Below are positions 26,290 through 38,680 of a stretch of DNA of 64,000 nucleotides, piece after piece. A model generated the notes under the pieces. It worked only from the letters and a program-made list of their open reading frames with translations. It was not told the origin of the DNA and searched no databases. The stretch comes from Hamiltosporidium tvaerminnensis FI-OER-3-3 (lineage: Eukaryota; Fungi; Microsporidia): positions 496,001 through 560,000 of the forward strand of contig CM061253.1 in assembly GCA_022605425.2 (NCBI GenBank). The letters are read 5' to 3'. Each line of letters begins with the position of its first letter. Position 1 is the stretch's first letter. Position numbers and translations under genes: made by a program.

Positions 26290-28167
26290 ATGTTCATTTC
26301 TATCGATGAAATACACGAAGTAAAGAATTTTTATGCATCTAAAATAAAATATAGCGATACAATAATTATAGATAACGGTTCATATTTATGCAAATCAGGA
26401 TATAGCAATTCTGATAAGCAACTTGTATTTAAGAATAAATATTACAAAACAAAGACAGAAAATAGTATCGAACATGTAACACATGCATCTGTTAAAAGTA
26501 TGTTTGACGGAGATATAATAACAAATTTTGAGACAGCAGAATGTATTTTTGACAAAATATTTGAATTTTTGGAGTGTAAAAATGTAAAAAATTTAATTTT
26601 AACTGAATGTTTAAACAATCCATATTTTAGTAAAAAGAATTTAATAGAAATGTGTTTTGAGGTTTATAATGTTGAGAAATTACAGATTGGGCACGATTTT
26701 ATTTATTCGTATCTTTTTAATAGAAAAAGATTTGTTAAAAGTGAAAAATGCGTTTTGATTGTAAGTATGGGGCATTTTGGAACAGATGTTGTGGTTTTAA
26801 GGGAAGATAGAATTGTTGAGAAGTATAAATTAAATTATGGAGGGAAACAGTGTAGTGAGTATTTGTTAAAACTTTTACAGATAAAAAATACCAATTTAAA
26901 TTTAAAATTGAGTTTAAAACACACAAATTATTTATTGAAATATCTTCGATGTGCTCTTGATTATGAACAGGAGACATTAGAAATGTATAAAAATTTACAG
27001 GAGGGAAAGGAAGAAAGTGTTGTAATTGGAAAACCAGAAAGAATACAAACTAGTAATTTTGATAAAATTCCTAAAAAAATTAAAAAAAATAGCAAATTCG
27101 GTAAATCTAAAGAAAAAATAATTGAGACTAGTAGTGTTGAAACCACAAGTAGCAGTATTAGTGAGGAAAGTGATTCTGATGAGAATATCGAGGAAGAAGA
27201 GAGTGAAATTACTGAAGAAAATTACGAAGAAGAAATAAATATTGAAGAGGAGAACGTTGAAGAAAATATTGAAGAATCAAATGAAATAATTAGAGAAAAT
27301 ATTGAAGAATCAAATGAAAAAATTGAAGAAAAAACGAAAGAAGATGAAAAAGAAGAAAGAAAAAACAGAATGCTTTATTTTTCAGGTATTTACAGATTCA
27401 AAGTAAAAATAGAAAAATGTTTAAAAACTTTAAAAAGTAATTTTGAAAATCTATCAGAAGAATACGAAAAATTATCGGATATAAATGGATATATTGAGAA
27501 GATACGAAACAAATATTCAAAAATAAAAAAAGAGATAAAATTTAGAGAAAATATAAGAAATCAACTTAAAAATAAAAAAAGTAGAGAATATAATTGTAAA
27601 TTCAAAATTTCTTATGGTATGGAATTTAATGGAGAAGAGGAAGAAACTTTAGCGATGAAAATTGTAGAGTCTGAAGATATGGAAATGGAATCTGTATTGA
27701 CAAATGAAATACAAAAATATATAAATATTTTGATGGAATACGATAAAAACTTTAAGCCATTCGAATATAATGTAATTGAAGTTTTGAAAGGTGAAAATAC
27801 CAATTTAAATGGTTTATTTATAAATATTGAAAGATTAAAAGCGGTAGAAATTCTTTTTGAGCCAGGAATAGTAAATTTAACTCAACCTGGTTTAATAGAA
27901 ATATTTGAACATGCCTTTTCTAAATTTGAAATTGACAAAATATTTGTTACAGGAGGATTTTCTAAAATAGAAAATATCGAAAAAAGAATTTATAATGAAG
28001 CAAGAAAAGTAGCTTTTAATGATATTCAAGTTATTGTATCCGAAGATCCTCAATATGATAGTTTGAAAGGCGCATGTTTTTCTGATATATTTCCTGTTAT
28101 AACGAAAGAAGAATATTTTACTTTGGGATTAGACGCAATCATGGAAAAGTATTATTTCAACAGATAA
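26290..28167 (+). CDS. ARP5: Actin-related protein 5 (INO80 complex)
   Basis: Actin motifs IIIDNGSYLCKSG, ERLKAVEILFEP and IFVTGGFS, with a long acidic/coiled-coil insertion typical of Arp5. 625 aa. Confidence 0.85.
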   Translation: MFISIDEIHEVKNFYASKIKYSDTIIIDNGSYLCKSGYSNSDKQLVFKNKYYKTKTENSIEHVTHASVKSMFDGDIITNFETAECIFDKIFEFLECKNVKNLILTECLNNPYFSKKNLIEMCFEVYNVEKLQIGHDFIYSYLFNRKRFVKSEKCVLIVSMGHFGTDVVVLREDRIVEKYKLNYGGKQCSEYLLKLLQIKNTNLNLKLSLKHTNYLLKYLRCALDYEQETLEMYKNLQEGKEESVVIGKPERIQTSNFDKIPKKIKKNSKFGKSKEKIIETSSVETTSSSISEESDSDENIEEEESEITEENYEEEINIEEENVEENIEESNEIIRENIEESNEKIEEKTKEDEKEERKNRMLYFSGIYRFKVKIEKCLKTLKSNFENLSEEYEKLSDINGYIEKIRNKYSKIKKEIKFRENIRNQLKNKKSREYNCKFKISYGMEFNGEEEETLAMKIVESEDMEMESVLTNEIQKYINILMEYDKNFKPFEYNVIEVLKGENTNLNGLFINIERLKAVEILFEPGIVNLTQPGLIEIFEHAFSKFEIDKIFVTGGFSKIENIEKRIYNEARKVAFNDIQVIVSEDPQYDSLKGACFSDIFPVITKEEYFTLGLDAIMEKYYFNR

Positions 28168-28229
28168 ATAGTTCCTTTTTAATCTAATTAAAATTTTTAT
28201 TATTCTATTTAAATTTAGCTTTATATATT

Positions 28230-29460
28230 CTCGATTTAGACGAGTCCAAAAGCGAACATATGCTTTTGCAACTCTTGGATTGTCTGGAAAAATATAAAGA
28301 TACATCGACCAGAAGAGTAGCAATCCTAAAGGTTGAGAATGATAATAAAATCTACCCTTCACTAATTAAAAACTTTATAAAAATAAAATACGGGTTGGAA
28401 GAGGAAGTCACAAAAAAGAAATTGGAAGAAGCTCAACTAGCTAACCTATATAACGAAATCGAAAACCGGAAACTATATTCAAAGTTATATAGTGCTAGAA
28501 ATAACGAGCTGGTAAGTGTAAATGACTCTTCTAGATGGCTAAAGAAGGGGAATATTAGGTCACGTGATGAAGCTGTGTTCTGCTATCAGGATAGAAATGT
28601 ATTATGGGATGCAGATGGTGTGTATCAACACTTCGGCAAGTCTAATAAAACCGTAGATCATTTGGCAACTAGATGTGAAAAATTAGTTAGCCATGACTAT
28701 AATAGACGACATGAGGATGTGGTTTGATACCTAAACTTCTCCTGCAAATATATATAAATTCAAGTCTTCGAAACGGATTATAAGCAGCCAAAGGCCAGAA
28801 ATTCTTGATAAAAAGTACGCGGATATATCGGTTATCAGATAAAACCGATGTTAGGATTCGGAATAATATTCCGACATATTTATTTTAGATAAGAAGAATA
28901 AAAATATAACACACATTAAAGAGGAATTACTTCCCAGGATTTAACTCAAAGAGTTGAAACAGAGAAACACAGGAAGTATGATTTTCTAGCCGATGATTTG
29001 GGTCTTATTTATAAGTTTAATGCGGAAATAATTCCGTATGTGATGCCTTGGAACAATATTGTGAAAAAATATCATAAGTCACATTTTTAAAACTGCGAAT
29101 ACTAAATAATGTACAGGAATACATTCAGTCCATAGTATTCAAGAAGACAGTCGAAACAATTTCTTTCGACCGACGAAAAGGACTTGATCTGGAACCTAAT
29201 GCCGAAGAGAGCTGGTAAAGTGGGCCAACGGATGTTATTAAGAGAGCCGAGATGCATGAGTAGCCAACACTCCTTTTAAAACAAGCGAATAGAGATGAAA
29301 ATGATGTTAAACAGTTTAAAATAAAAAATAATACACACATTATTTCAGAAGAAGGAACCACGTTTGAGGAACCGAAGATAAAAGACAAAGCAGAGTTGGA
29401 TTTAGAAGAAGAAACGATGGTGGTAAAATAGGTAGAAGAAAATATATACAAAGCATAAAA
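28230..29460 (+). mobile_element. 5'-truncated, decayed RLE-type (R2/R4/NeSL-like) non-LTR retrotransposon
   Basis: ORF 28260-28727 ends in a decayed CCHC knuckle (KTVDHLATRCEK...YNRRHEDVV). Frameshifted PDI and ETEKHRKY endonuclease motifs and IQSIVFKKTVETISFD follow. Confidence 0.88.
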
Positions 29461-30196
29461 AAAATGTTTAACACCGAAATTCTCAATATAAATTTTATTT
29501 AATTTTCTTTTTATTTCATATCTAAAACTTTTTTTTGTTAGAATCATAATATTTATTAAAATTTGATCGAGATAATAATTTTTTGTTGTAAGTGAGCAAG
29601 AAACTTTCTATATCTAAATTTATATTGTTTTAACATATTTAAAGATGTTAAATATTGCTAAAAATATTTGGAAAAAAAACATATTTTAGTAAAAATCTTG
29701 AATAATTAATAAAATGAGGTATTTATTCTAATATTCTCTTTTAAAGAAAAGTTATTATTGGTAAAAATTACTAATAATTTCTCTGATTGGAATATAAAAG
29801 TTATATTTTTTAAAAATTATCTTCATATGATAAACAAAAACAGACTTGACTATTTTGTGAGGGGGTTTATTATGCATTCTATCATTTAGTACGATTCATT
29901 TACTTTTGATATCAATACATACATTTACAAAAAAATTTACAGAAGTTCAAAACTATTACATTCTTAGTATATTCCTTTAAGAAACTTTCTCTGAAATTAG
30001 TCTAAATTAAAACTTGTTGGATTAATAATACAATTCCATCAATGAAGTAGACTATTTTATTTTTGCGCTTGCAGCTTTTTAAATTATTGCGTTTGGATTT
30101 TTACAAGCATAAACCTCGAAGTTTTACTTTTTAAAGCTCGGTTTAAAACAACTTTTGGGTAAATTAAAGGGATTGTTATATTAAATAAAGAAAATT

Positions 30197-30340
30197 GATA
30201 ACGGTTGTTAGTAAACTAAGCGCCAATTATCTGGTGGTGAAGATATCTGAATTTGCTTCCGAAGGGCCGAATTCGATCTCCGGTTGGTTCGCTCTTTATC
30301 TTTCGTTCGGAAAGGTTGCGTGGGGCTGACAACTTAAATA
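30197..30340 (+). other. GC-richer structured segment ending in an RTE 5'UTR-like motif
   Basis: GTTGTTAG (~30204) can pair with CTGACAAC (~30326). GGTTGCGTGGGGCTGACAAC resembles the TTGGGCGTRGGGCTAACAACCC motif of the short retroposon. Confidence 0.4.
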
Positions 30341-31617
30341 ATCAAAATAAAATTGTCTTTGGAACGCCTATAACCCGGTACAGCTATGATTCATCGTTGG
30401 ATTGTGTTATATCTATAGTAAATGACCGAGCTATTAACAATATTATTAAATTAAATACTAACTGGTTTTCCACGAATGATTGTTTATTTTAAATTTTTTA
30501 TGTTCGATAATTAACTTAGAAGTATTCAGATACAAAAAAACTTCAAATATTAAATTAGTGTGTCTTTATAGTTGAGATTTAGATAAATTATTTTCAAACA
30601 CACTTGAGTATTTTAATCCATTAAATTGGCTTCTCAGTAGTAAGAATTGTTTTACATTGCTTTGAATTGAATTTCTTCCCAGAATATTAATTGCAAAGTT
30701 TTTTTTTCAACGTAAAGCAACATAAAACTCTAATATAGTATTTCGAAATTTCCTTAATTTATTTTGTCATATTCTTTAAGTGCAAGCAAGAAATTCAAAA
30801 AAAATAGTTATTTCCTATGATAATACTTCCAAATATGATTAGACTAAATATATAGCCGAAACTTCCTTATAATTGTTAAAAATGATCCTATCAGATGATG
30901 TGATGTCTTGCGTTTTTTAAGCCAAATATAAAATAATATTTTAAGCGATATTAAAGCGTTTTACTATTTATACAAAATCACAACCATAATTAAGCCTTTA
31001 CTAACAATTTCAATGCAGTCAAGCTTATTTCGTCTGTATTTTAAAAAATTGAAAAACTTTAGTTATTAATTATTTTTTTAATACAAAATATTCCACTTTG
31101 AAATCTTTAAATTGAAAAGGCCTGTATTTATTTACTCTAAAATCATATTTAGATATTTATATTTAATTAGTAAAAAAAATATTTTTTTTTAATTTGTACA
31201 TTTTTGTTTAATCATTCAAATATCTATAACTTTCTTCAATTTCTTAAAATTTAATTTTTAGTTTCAATGTAAACCAGTTTAAAAAGATAAGTTAATATCT
31301 AAACTATTAAGTATCATTCACTATAATTAGGCTTTTTAGAAATTATTTTAAAATTTTAATTGATAAATATATTTGTAATTTAAAGATTTAAATTCCGGAT
31401 ATTGTACTAAAAAGTTCTAATTTAAAAAAAATGTACTAATTTTATTTTTTAACTAAAAAATTATATTAAAATCACAGCTGTTGATTTACAACATTTTTAT
31501 TTTCATATTTTATAGAATTTTTTTTTATTTGATAGCTATCAACAGACAAGATAAGAATATAATCAGATCATTATAATATAATTACATTATTTAATAAGAA
31601 ATATAGATTTGGTTTTA

Positions 31618-31818
<201 letters not shown>

Positions 31819-32049
31819 AATAATTTTTTACACCAACAAAATATTAGATATATATTCATAAAATTAAATAAATTCTAAAAAAATATTTTTATTTATTGAA
31901 TATTAACCAAAAAGGAAATAAACAAAGCCAAAAAAAATCACTAATATTTTATTTTAAATTTTTACGATTTTTTAAGGTTTTAAACTGCTATCTTATTCTA
32001 ATCTTAACTAAAGACTCAAATTTAAATGTTTTTTGAATAAATTTCTAGT

Positions 32050-32400
32050 TAAAATGTTTTTTTCACATTTTTATGAATTTTCTTTTAGCTCTTCAACAAC
32101 CATTCTTTCTTCTTTTAAACCCGACTCTTCATTTATGTTTATCTTCGGTTTTTATAGTGTGGTTCTTCTATCTGAAATAAGTGGTGTATTAGTTTTTTGT
32201 TTTAAAATAATTAACACCATCTTTCTCGATCATGTCTTATTTATAGAAAATGTTTTGATTCCTCGTCCTTCTCAGCTCTCTGAATAACATACATTGAAGC
32301 TCTTTTCCTGCTTTTCGGCATTTTATTCCCGATTCAGGTCCTCTTCTTCAATTAAAAAAATCATTTTAACTGTGATCAAAGGAAATCTTCAAGACTATTT
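32050..32400 (-). mobile_element. RLE-type non-LTR retrotransposon 3' remnant
   Basis: Reverse complement atttcagatagaagaaccac...ccgaagataaacataaatgaagagtcgggtttaaaagaagaaagaatggttg matches 29342-29424. Confidence 0.75.
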
Positions 32401-32640
32401 AATCCTAATAAAAATTATTTATTTCTGATTTGATATCAAACATATTTGATGATATATTTATCGTTTTATTTTTTAAAACATATTTACTTATTCCTTTCCA
32501 TATTTAACTCTTGGTGTCGAGGACGAACAAATGAAAGTATTCCATTTTTTTCATTAAATCTGTTGTAACCCGGAATTACAGAGGATAGTCTATAGATTCG
32601 GTGCGGTCTATATCCCATAAAAATGTTAACAGCCATTTTT

Positions 32641-32702
32641 ACACAAATTTTATGCTCTCATTGCCAAGCAGATGGTTTTTAATGTGGTATCCTCCCTCCA
32701 CC
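32641..32702 (-). mobile_element. 5'-end fragment of the ~720-bp structured element (copy 5)
   Basis: ctcattgccaagcagatggtttttaatgtggtatcctccctccacc is the reverse complement of the element's 5' end. Confidence 0.85.
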
Positions 32703-32915
32703 ATTCTTGTTTAGATATCATACAAAAAATAAAATATTTTTTAAATCTAATACAGCAAATCAAGTAAAATATTTTCATTTCTTTGCAATATATTAAGATT
32801 TATGAATAGCTAATATGGTAAATCAAAAAAATCGTTAAAAAAATTCTGATGGGTCTTGAATAAAAAAATTTGTGAAATAGAAATATTTTTTAAAAATTAC
32901 CGTTATTAGAAATCG

Positions 32916-33746
32916 ATGAAACATATTTTTATAGCGGTAAGAATTATTGATAACATATTCGAGGAGAAATTACATTTGAGAAAATCTCTTTTACCGATAT
33001 TTTATATAATATTTGATATATCTAGAATCATTCTTAAACTAGTTAGGCCTGCTCTGATACAAGAAGACGGATGTCATATTTTTGATAGAAATAAACGTAG
33101 ATGGAATATAATTACAGTAATTTATAGAATAATTGGTATCAAAAGAAAAGATCCTTTTATGACATTAGAGATATTTAGAAAAATAGGGGATATACGAAGC
33201 AATGGAAATGACTTAACTAAGAAAATTTTTGTTTCCATAAAAAATATTCAACTGATTTTTAGAAGCTTGCTTCTATTTGTTTTTATTATTTCAAGAATGT
33301 TCTTCGATTTCAATTTGATTTTTATTCTTATAAAATATTTGTATCTGATAAATATCGATTATAGACTTATATTTATAGAAATTTTACTTATGGAAATAAT
33401 AATATTTTCATCTAGAATTGAATTAAAATTGATTATATCAGTTATATCTTTTGTAAGAAAGTGTGACGATATATTAATATTTTCAAATACATTGTTTAGA
33501 AATACAAACGTCCTTCTTCGTATTCTTTTCAAGGCTCAAACGTTAGCATATCAAAAAACGGCTTTGGAAAACATTACATTTTACGATATCACATTTTTTA
33601 TCTTAAAAATTATTAAAAAAAAAATTGATATAATAATATTTCTCAATAAAATACTTAAAACAGTTCTTGAAATAATAAATGATATAAATACGAATCTCAT
33701 GCACTTAGAACAATTTTTAAAATCATCTTATAAATTAAATTATTAA
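32916..33746 (+). CDS. Hypothetical protein, 276 aa, Ile/Phe-rich
   Basis: A long ORF for DNA this AT-rich. No recognisable motif. Confidence 0.4.
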   Translation: MKHIFIAVRIIDNIFEEKLHLRKSLLPIFYIIFDISRIILKLVRPALIQEDGCHIFDRNKRRWNIITVIYRIIGIKRKDPFMTLEIFRKIGDIRSNGNDLTKKIFVSIKNIQLIFRSLLLFVFIISRMFFDFNLIFILIKYLYLINIDYRLIFIEILLMEIIIFSSRIELKLIISVISFVRKCDDILIFSNTLFRNTNVLLRILFKAQTLAYQKTALENITFYDITFFILKIIKKKIDIIIFLNKILKTVLEIINDINTNLMHLEQFLKSSYKLNY

Positions 33747-34298
33747 AATATAGAATTTAGATTTGAAAAAAAAAACATAATATATTTATGAATAATATTT
33801 TTAGTATTTGTTCAGATATTTAAGATTTGAAGAAAGTTTTGAATAAATATATTATTATATTATTTTAATTTATATAGATGAGTACTTAAGTTTTGAAAGA
33901 ACACAAAAATATAATATTATATCTTCGTCTTGTTATAATTGCAAACACAACTTACAATAAATTTATTTTTCTTAGTTAAAATATAATTTCAAACTATATT
34001 TATTTAAACTTCTTTCATTCGTAAAATATTTCATAATTAAATATTCCAATTGAGGAAAAAATATAAAAAGCAAGTTTATCAAAATTTAAAAACTAGCCAT
34101 ATAAAATAGGAAAAATATTTGGTTTATACATCATAATTAAAAGAAATAATAAAATATAAAAATAATAAAATGTTTTCTTGAATATATAGATTTTTATTAA
34201 CGATAAATTAAATTTCTTTTTGCAGTTCTAGAAGATTAAGATTTAAACAGAAACTTAGATTTAATATAATTTTTTAAATCTTTTTATATGAACTAAAC

Positions 34299-35022
34299 GT
34301 GGAGGGAGGATAACCACATAAAAAACTTTCTGCTTGGCAATGAGTGTGTGAAACTGGTTTGAGATCATTGTTTGGATTTTTGGTGGGAATAAAACCACAC
34401 TACATCTTCGGGTGTTCCATGGGAGTTGTTATGAGGAGTAGAGGTCTAAGAAATGGAGAAACTTTTTCTACAAAGTTATTTGTAGTTTTTTATGCAACCA
34501 GATTGCAGACCGCAGCTGAACATGTTGGTAATTGCCATGTAAAAGCATGGAAACCTAGCCTTGCTCACTCGGGTTAGAAGACTTAGCGCCTGGGAGATAT
34601 AAAAAAAAACCATTAAAAGCCGGAAAAGCTAAGTAGCAGGTTATACCTTTTGGTATGACATTGCATTGTCTAGGTGGACCCCATGTAAATTTCTGAAATA
34701 TATCTTAGCTAGAAGTTTATTGGGTTCAGAAAGTGTAGAGTAAGTGTGAATGCTGCATAGTCTTGGGGGAGCCCGGGGGGGCTTCGGCCTTCGATCACAC
34801 TCTATGCAACGGACATTAACGAACTCCGCGCAACTGCCTCGCCTATTAATTAGGTTCTACACACCTGGTAGATGAAAGGCTTTGGGGCGTAGGTATCGCA
34901 GGGGTTACTGATGGAGTTTTGGGGTAGCAGTTATTTATGTTAAACCTAGAACTGCGTTAATGTCATAAAAACAAATATAACACTTGCCACTGTTTTAAAA
35001 AGATGTGATACTTTCAAATAAA
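34299..35022 (+). mobile_element. ~720-bp structured element, copy 6 (subfamily B, best preserved)
   Basis: Full 5' and 3' landmarks. ATGAACTAA lies on both flanks (34288-96, 35028-36) and may be the core of a TSD. Confidence 0.92.
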
Positions 35023-35192
35023 TTTTCATGAACTAACATATTTAAAAATTTAAATCTAAGATTATTTTGATTTTTATAAGAATTTTTAGTCAATAATTTT
35101 TTTTTTGCATTTTTAAATGAATCGAATTGAAAGCAAACATATTTTTTTACTTCTTTTAAAAAAACAGAATATAATTGTAATTTGAAAAATTT

Positions 35193-35906
35193 AGGGAGAA
35201 TAACCACATAAAAAACTTTCTGCTTGGCAATGAGTGTGTGAAACTGGTGTGAGGATCATTGTTTAAGTTTTGGTAGGAATAAAATCACACTACATCTTTG
35301 GTTGTTCCATCGGAGTTGTTATGAAGGGGAGAGGTCTAAGAAATGGAGAAACTTTTTCTACGATTTATTTGTAGTTTTTTATGTAACTAGATTGCAGACC
35401 GCAGCTGAAAATGTAGGTAATTGCCATGTAGAACCATGGAAACCTAGCCCTGCTCCCCTTGGTTAGAAGACTTAGCGCCTGGGAGACATAAAAATAAAAA
35501 CAATTTAAAGCCGATAAAGCTAAGTAACTAGTTATACCTGTTGGTATGACATTGCAGTGCCTAGGTGGACTCCATTTAAGTCTCTGAAATATATCTTAGC
35601 TAGAAGTTTATTGGATTCAGAAAGTGTAGAGTAAGTGGGAATGCTGCATAGTCTTGGGAGTGCCCAGGGGTATTCGGGTTTCGTTCACACTCCATGCATC
35701 TGACATTAATGAACTCTGGGCAACTGCCTCGCTTATTAATTAGGTTCTATATACTCGGTAGATGAAAGGTTTTGGTATTTAGGTATCGTAAGGGATACTG
35801 ATGTAGTGCTGGGGAGCTGTTAGATGTAAACCTAGAATGCGGTTATGCAATGAAAAAAATATAACTTATGCTACTGTTTTACAAAGATGGGATACTTTTA
35901 AATTAA
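35193..35906 (+). mobile_element. ~720-bp structured element, copy 7 (subfamily A)
   Basis: Colinear and ~170 bp downstream of copy 6. Shares the diagnostic gggatactgatgtagtgctggggagc with copy 1. Confidence 0.92.
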
Positions 35907-35970
35907 AATATTAAAGAAAAAAATATTTAAAACGAGTTTTAATCTTTTATATGTTTCGATAATATTTGCA

Positions 35971-38147
35971 TTAATATGTTTTAAGTAATATTTTCTTGCA
36001 TTTTCTTAAATTAAGAAATCTATTGGGATCTAAGAATATTGAACATTTTTCAAAAACCAATGTTTTATATTCTTTTATCATGTCCATAGTTGTTTTAAAT
36101 TTTTCAAAATTTTCACATTTAATATTGAATCCAATAAATTTAAAATTCTTGCATTCTTTAAGCAAAAAACAAAACTCTAAATTAGAAATATCAATATAAT
36201 CATTAATTATTCTAATTGATATACAAATCATTTTTAAATACTTTACATTTTTAACAATGTTTGTGATATTTATTATTTCTTTTGTAAATAATATATTTTC
36301 AAAGTAAATTTCTATTTCTTTGAGGTAGTAAAATTGATGAAGAAAGGTGTCAGAAAATTGGATAAAAAATTATAGTCTGTTGTTAATTTCTCAATTGTAG
36401 TTAGCTAGGAAATATCATATATTTGTTTTCCGGTATAATTTAAAAGCGTAGCGGATCATAAAAAACTTAAATCTAAAAATATGTTTAAAATCACCAAATC
36501 ATAACTAAAACATTTAAGATATAATTCTTCGAGATTGGAAGTTATAAATTTTATTTGTTTTTTCTGTAAAATTTCATATGAATTTATTTTACAATTTTTA
36601 AGTTTAATGAAAGTTACGTTATTATTTTTTAATATTATAAATAGGCAAAAAGCATCGACTGTAATATTTTCTAAAATCAATTCTTTTATATTCTTATGAT
36701 TTTCCAACTGTGGTATTATGTCGAAAAAATTATTATCTGATCTTTTAGAATAAAAACCAAATTTATCTTCACTGATAAATATATTATAAACATATGTACA
36801 TATTTCTATTGAATGTATTCGGTTTGCAAATTTTCATCTAATAAACTTAAAAATTTTAAAGAATAATTTTAAGATATGGATATTCTAATCAAAAGATTTT
36901 TTTTCTGAATTAAATTATTTAGAAAGGATATTGTCCTAGTGTTTAAATCTGTTATATCATTAAACTTCAAATCAAGCGTATGTAATTCTTTAAATTTTAT
37001 GTTTCTGATATTAGTGAAATATGAAAAACGACTTAATTTAATAAACACCGATGTGTCTCTAAAATTTTGAAGATATAGAAATCAAAACAAGAATTGCTTT
37101 CAAATATATTACGAAAACAAAAACATTTTAAATTCCTAAAATACGAAAGATAAAAAGATATTTCTGTTGATAAATATGAGGCAATTTCAAGGTTTGTAAT
37201 TTTTTGAAACTGTTGGTGTAAATTATATAAAGAAATTGAAACAATCTTATTGTAATCTGCAGGAAAGATGTTACAAGATTTATTTGATATTACATTTTTT
37301 TTGTTCTTCAGTTGAAAAAAATGACGGATATATTTTTAATTAAATGATCTGTAATTTTTCACAAAATAAAAGTAATAAACTGAGCTCCTGTAGTTCTAAT
37401 GCTATAAACTTCACTTTAAAACCATATAACCACTCATTTTTTTTTGCTAATATCTTTTCTTGTAATAAAAATAAAAGATTTCAAATTACTATCAATCAAT
37501 TAGAGAAATTCAATAAATGTAATTAAAAATCTTTCATCTTTACATAGTCGATTAGGGAAAGATCCAAATAACCAAGTAAAAAAACAAGAATCAATTTCCA
37601 AAGTATTTTTAAAGAATAAAGAACAATTATTGAAAAGTTCTCTAAATATAACTTCAAAAAAAACATCTTCAAATTCAAATAGAAAATAATCTGTTATAAA
37701 ACAAAATCTGAACATAAAATCTTCATTAAATTTTTCAGATATTTTTTTATAATTTAATAAAGCTATAAAAACATTAAAATAATCGATGTTGAAATAGATT
37801 GGTAATAGAATTGATTCCTTTTTATACTTTTTTTCTGGGTTTAAATAAGTATCTATCATTCCAGATTTATATCCATTTTTATTGTCATAATCAAACTTAA
37901 CAGTTTTATACTCATTTGAATCTCGTTTTTCCAAACATTCAATATTTTCTTTTTCAAATTTTAAGTTATAATCGTAAAACCATTCTTCGCTATAAAGACT
38001 ACTCACTTCTTTATTTATAAATCTGAATTCTATTTGCTCAGAAGTTATTTGGTTGATTATAAAAACTAAAAGAAAACAAAAACGAATAAATTTATTTTTA
38101 CTACCGTATTTTGAAAGAATATGTTGATTCATCCAGTAGATTAACAT
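35971..38147 (-). pseudogene. Fragmented secreted LRR-like lineage-specific gene
   Basis: ORF 37500-38147 has a hydrophobic N-terminal segment (FCFLLVFIINQITS). Downstream same-strand ORFs 36456-36707 and 35971-36231 contain IKELILENI, IKLKNC and LEELYL, which are LRR-like. Confidence 0.55.
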
Positions 38148-38680
38148 TCAAGCCTCAATGTAAAAATTATATAAATATTTTTTTTATTAATTTAATGACA
38201 TTTTGGCGCGTAATATAGCTTTTTTTTAATTCCGGAAATGTCATATTGAATCCTAAAAAAGATATTTAATATATTTTTACATAAAGAACTAATTTTTATA
38301 ATTATATCAAAAAAATAAAGTAAGGATAATTCTTTTTTGGGTAAATATGATATTTCCCACAATGTTTATTTCTACCGATTTTTTTTACAGTAATAAATTT
38401 ATAAATTATTAAAGTTTATGGGAATTTTAAAGTCTTTATTTTGAGCCTAACGAATGTCTATTTAACATATAAAATATGCTTTAAGAAAAATTTATTTCTG
38501 TCTGATTGCATATTACAAAAAATAGTCAATGCTGAATTATTTTAATTGTAACAATACCAAAGAGGTTAGTACATCTGAAAAAATAAGAGAAAATATTTTT
38601 ATTCGATCTTATTCAAAGAATTATCAAGCTAGAAATTAAGTCAGGCTTAACATTTTATAATTCCGAGTTCCTAATATTTA

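Noticed and set aside
34300-34331. Resemblance of the 5' hairpin plus ATAAAAAACT to a preQ1-I riboswitch-like pseudoknot
   Set aside because: The downstream pairing segment varies among copies (CTTTCT, CTATCT, TTATCT, CCATCT) without clear compensation, and the context is eukaryotic.
34344-34577. 77-aa ORF in the 720-bp element (and antisense ORFs 43460-43660, 43730-43975)
   Set aside because: The reading frame is not conserved among copies (indels and stops), so the element is treated as non-coding.
34299-35022. 720-bp element as a group I or II intron, hammerhead retrozyme, Helitron, MITE or rRNA
   Set aside because: No group II domain V. Group I-like words (CCGCAGC, GTTCAGA, ATAGTC) do not assemble into a convincing P3-P7 core. 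No CTGATGA...GAAA hammerhead core, no consistent CTRR end, no TIRs, and no universal rRNA motifs.
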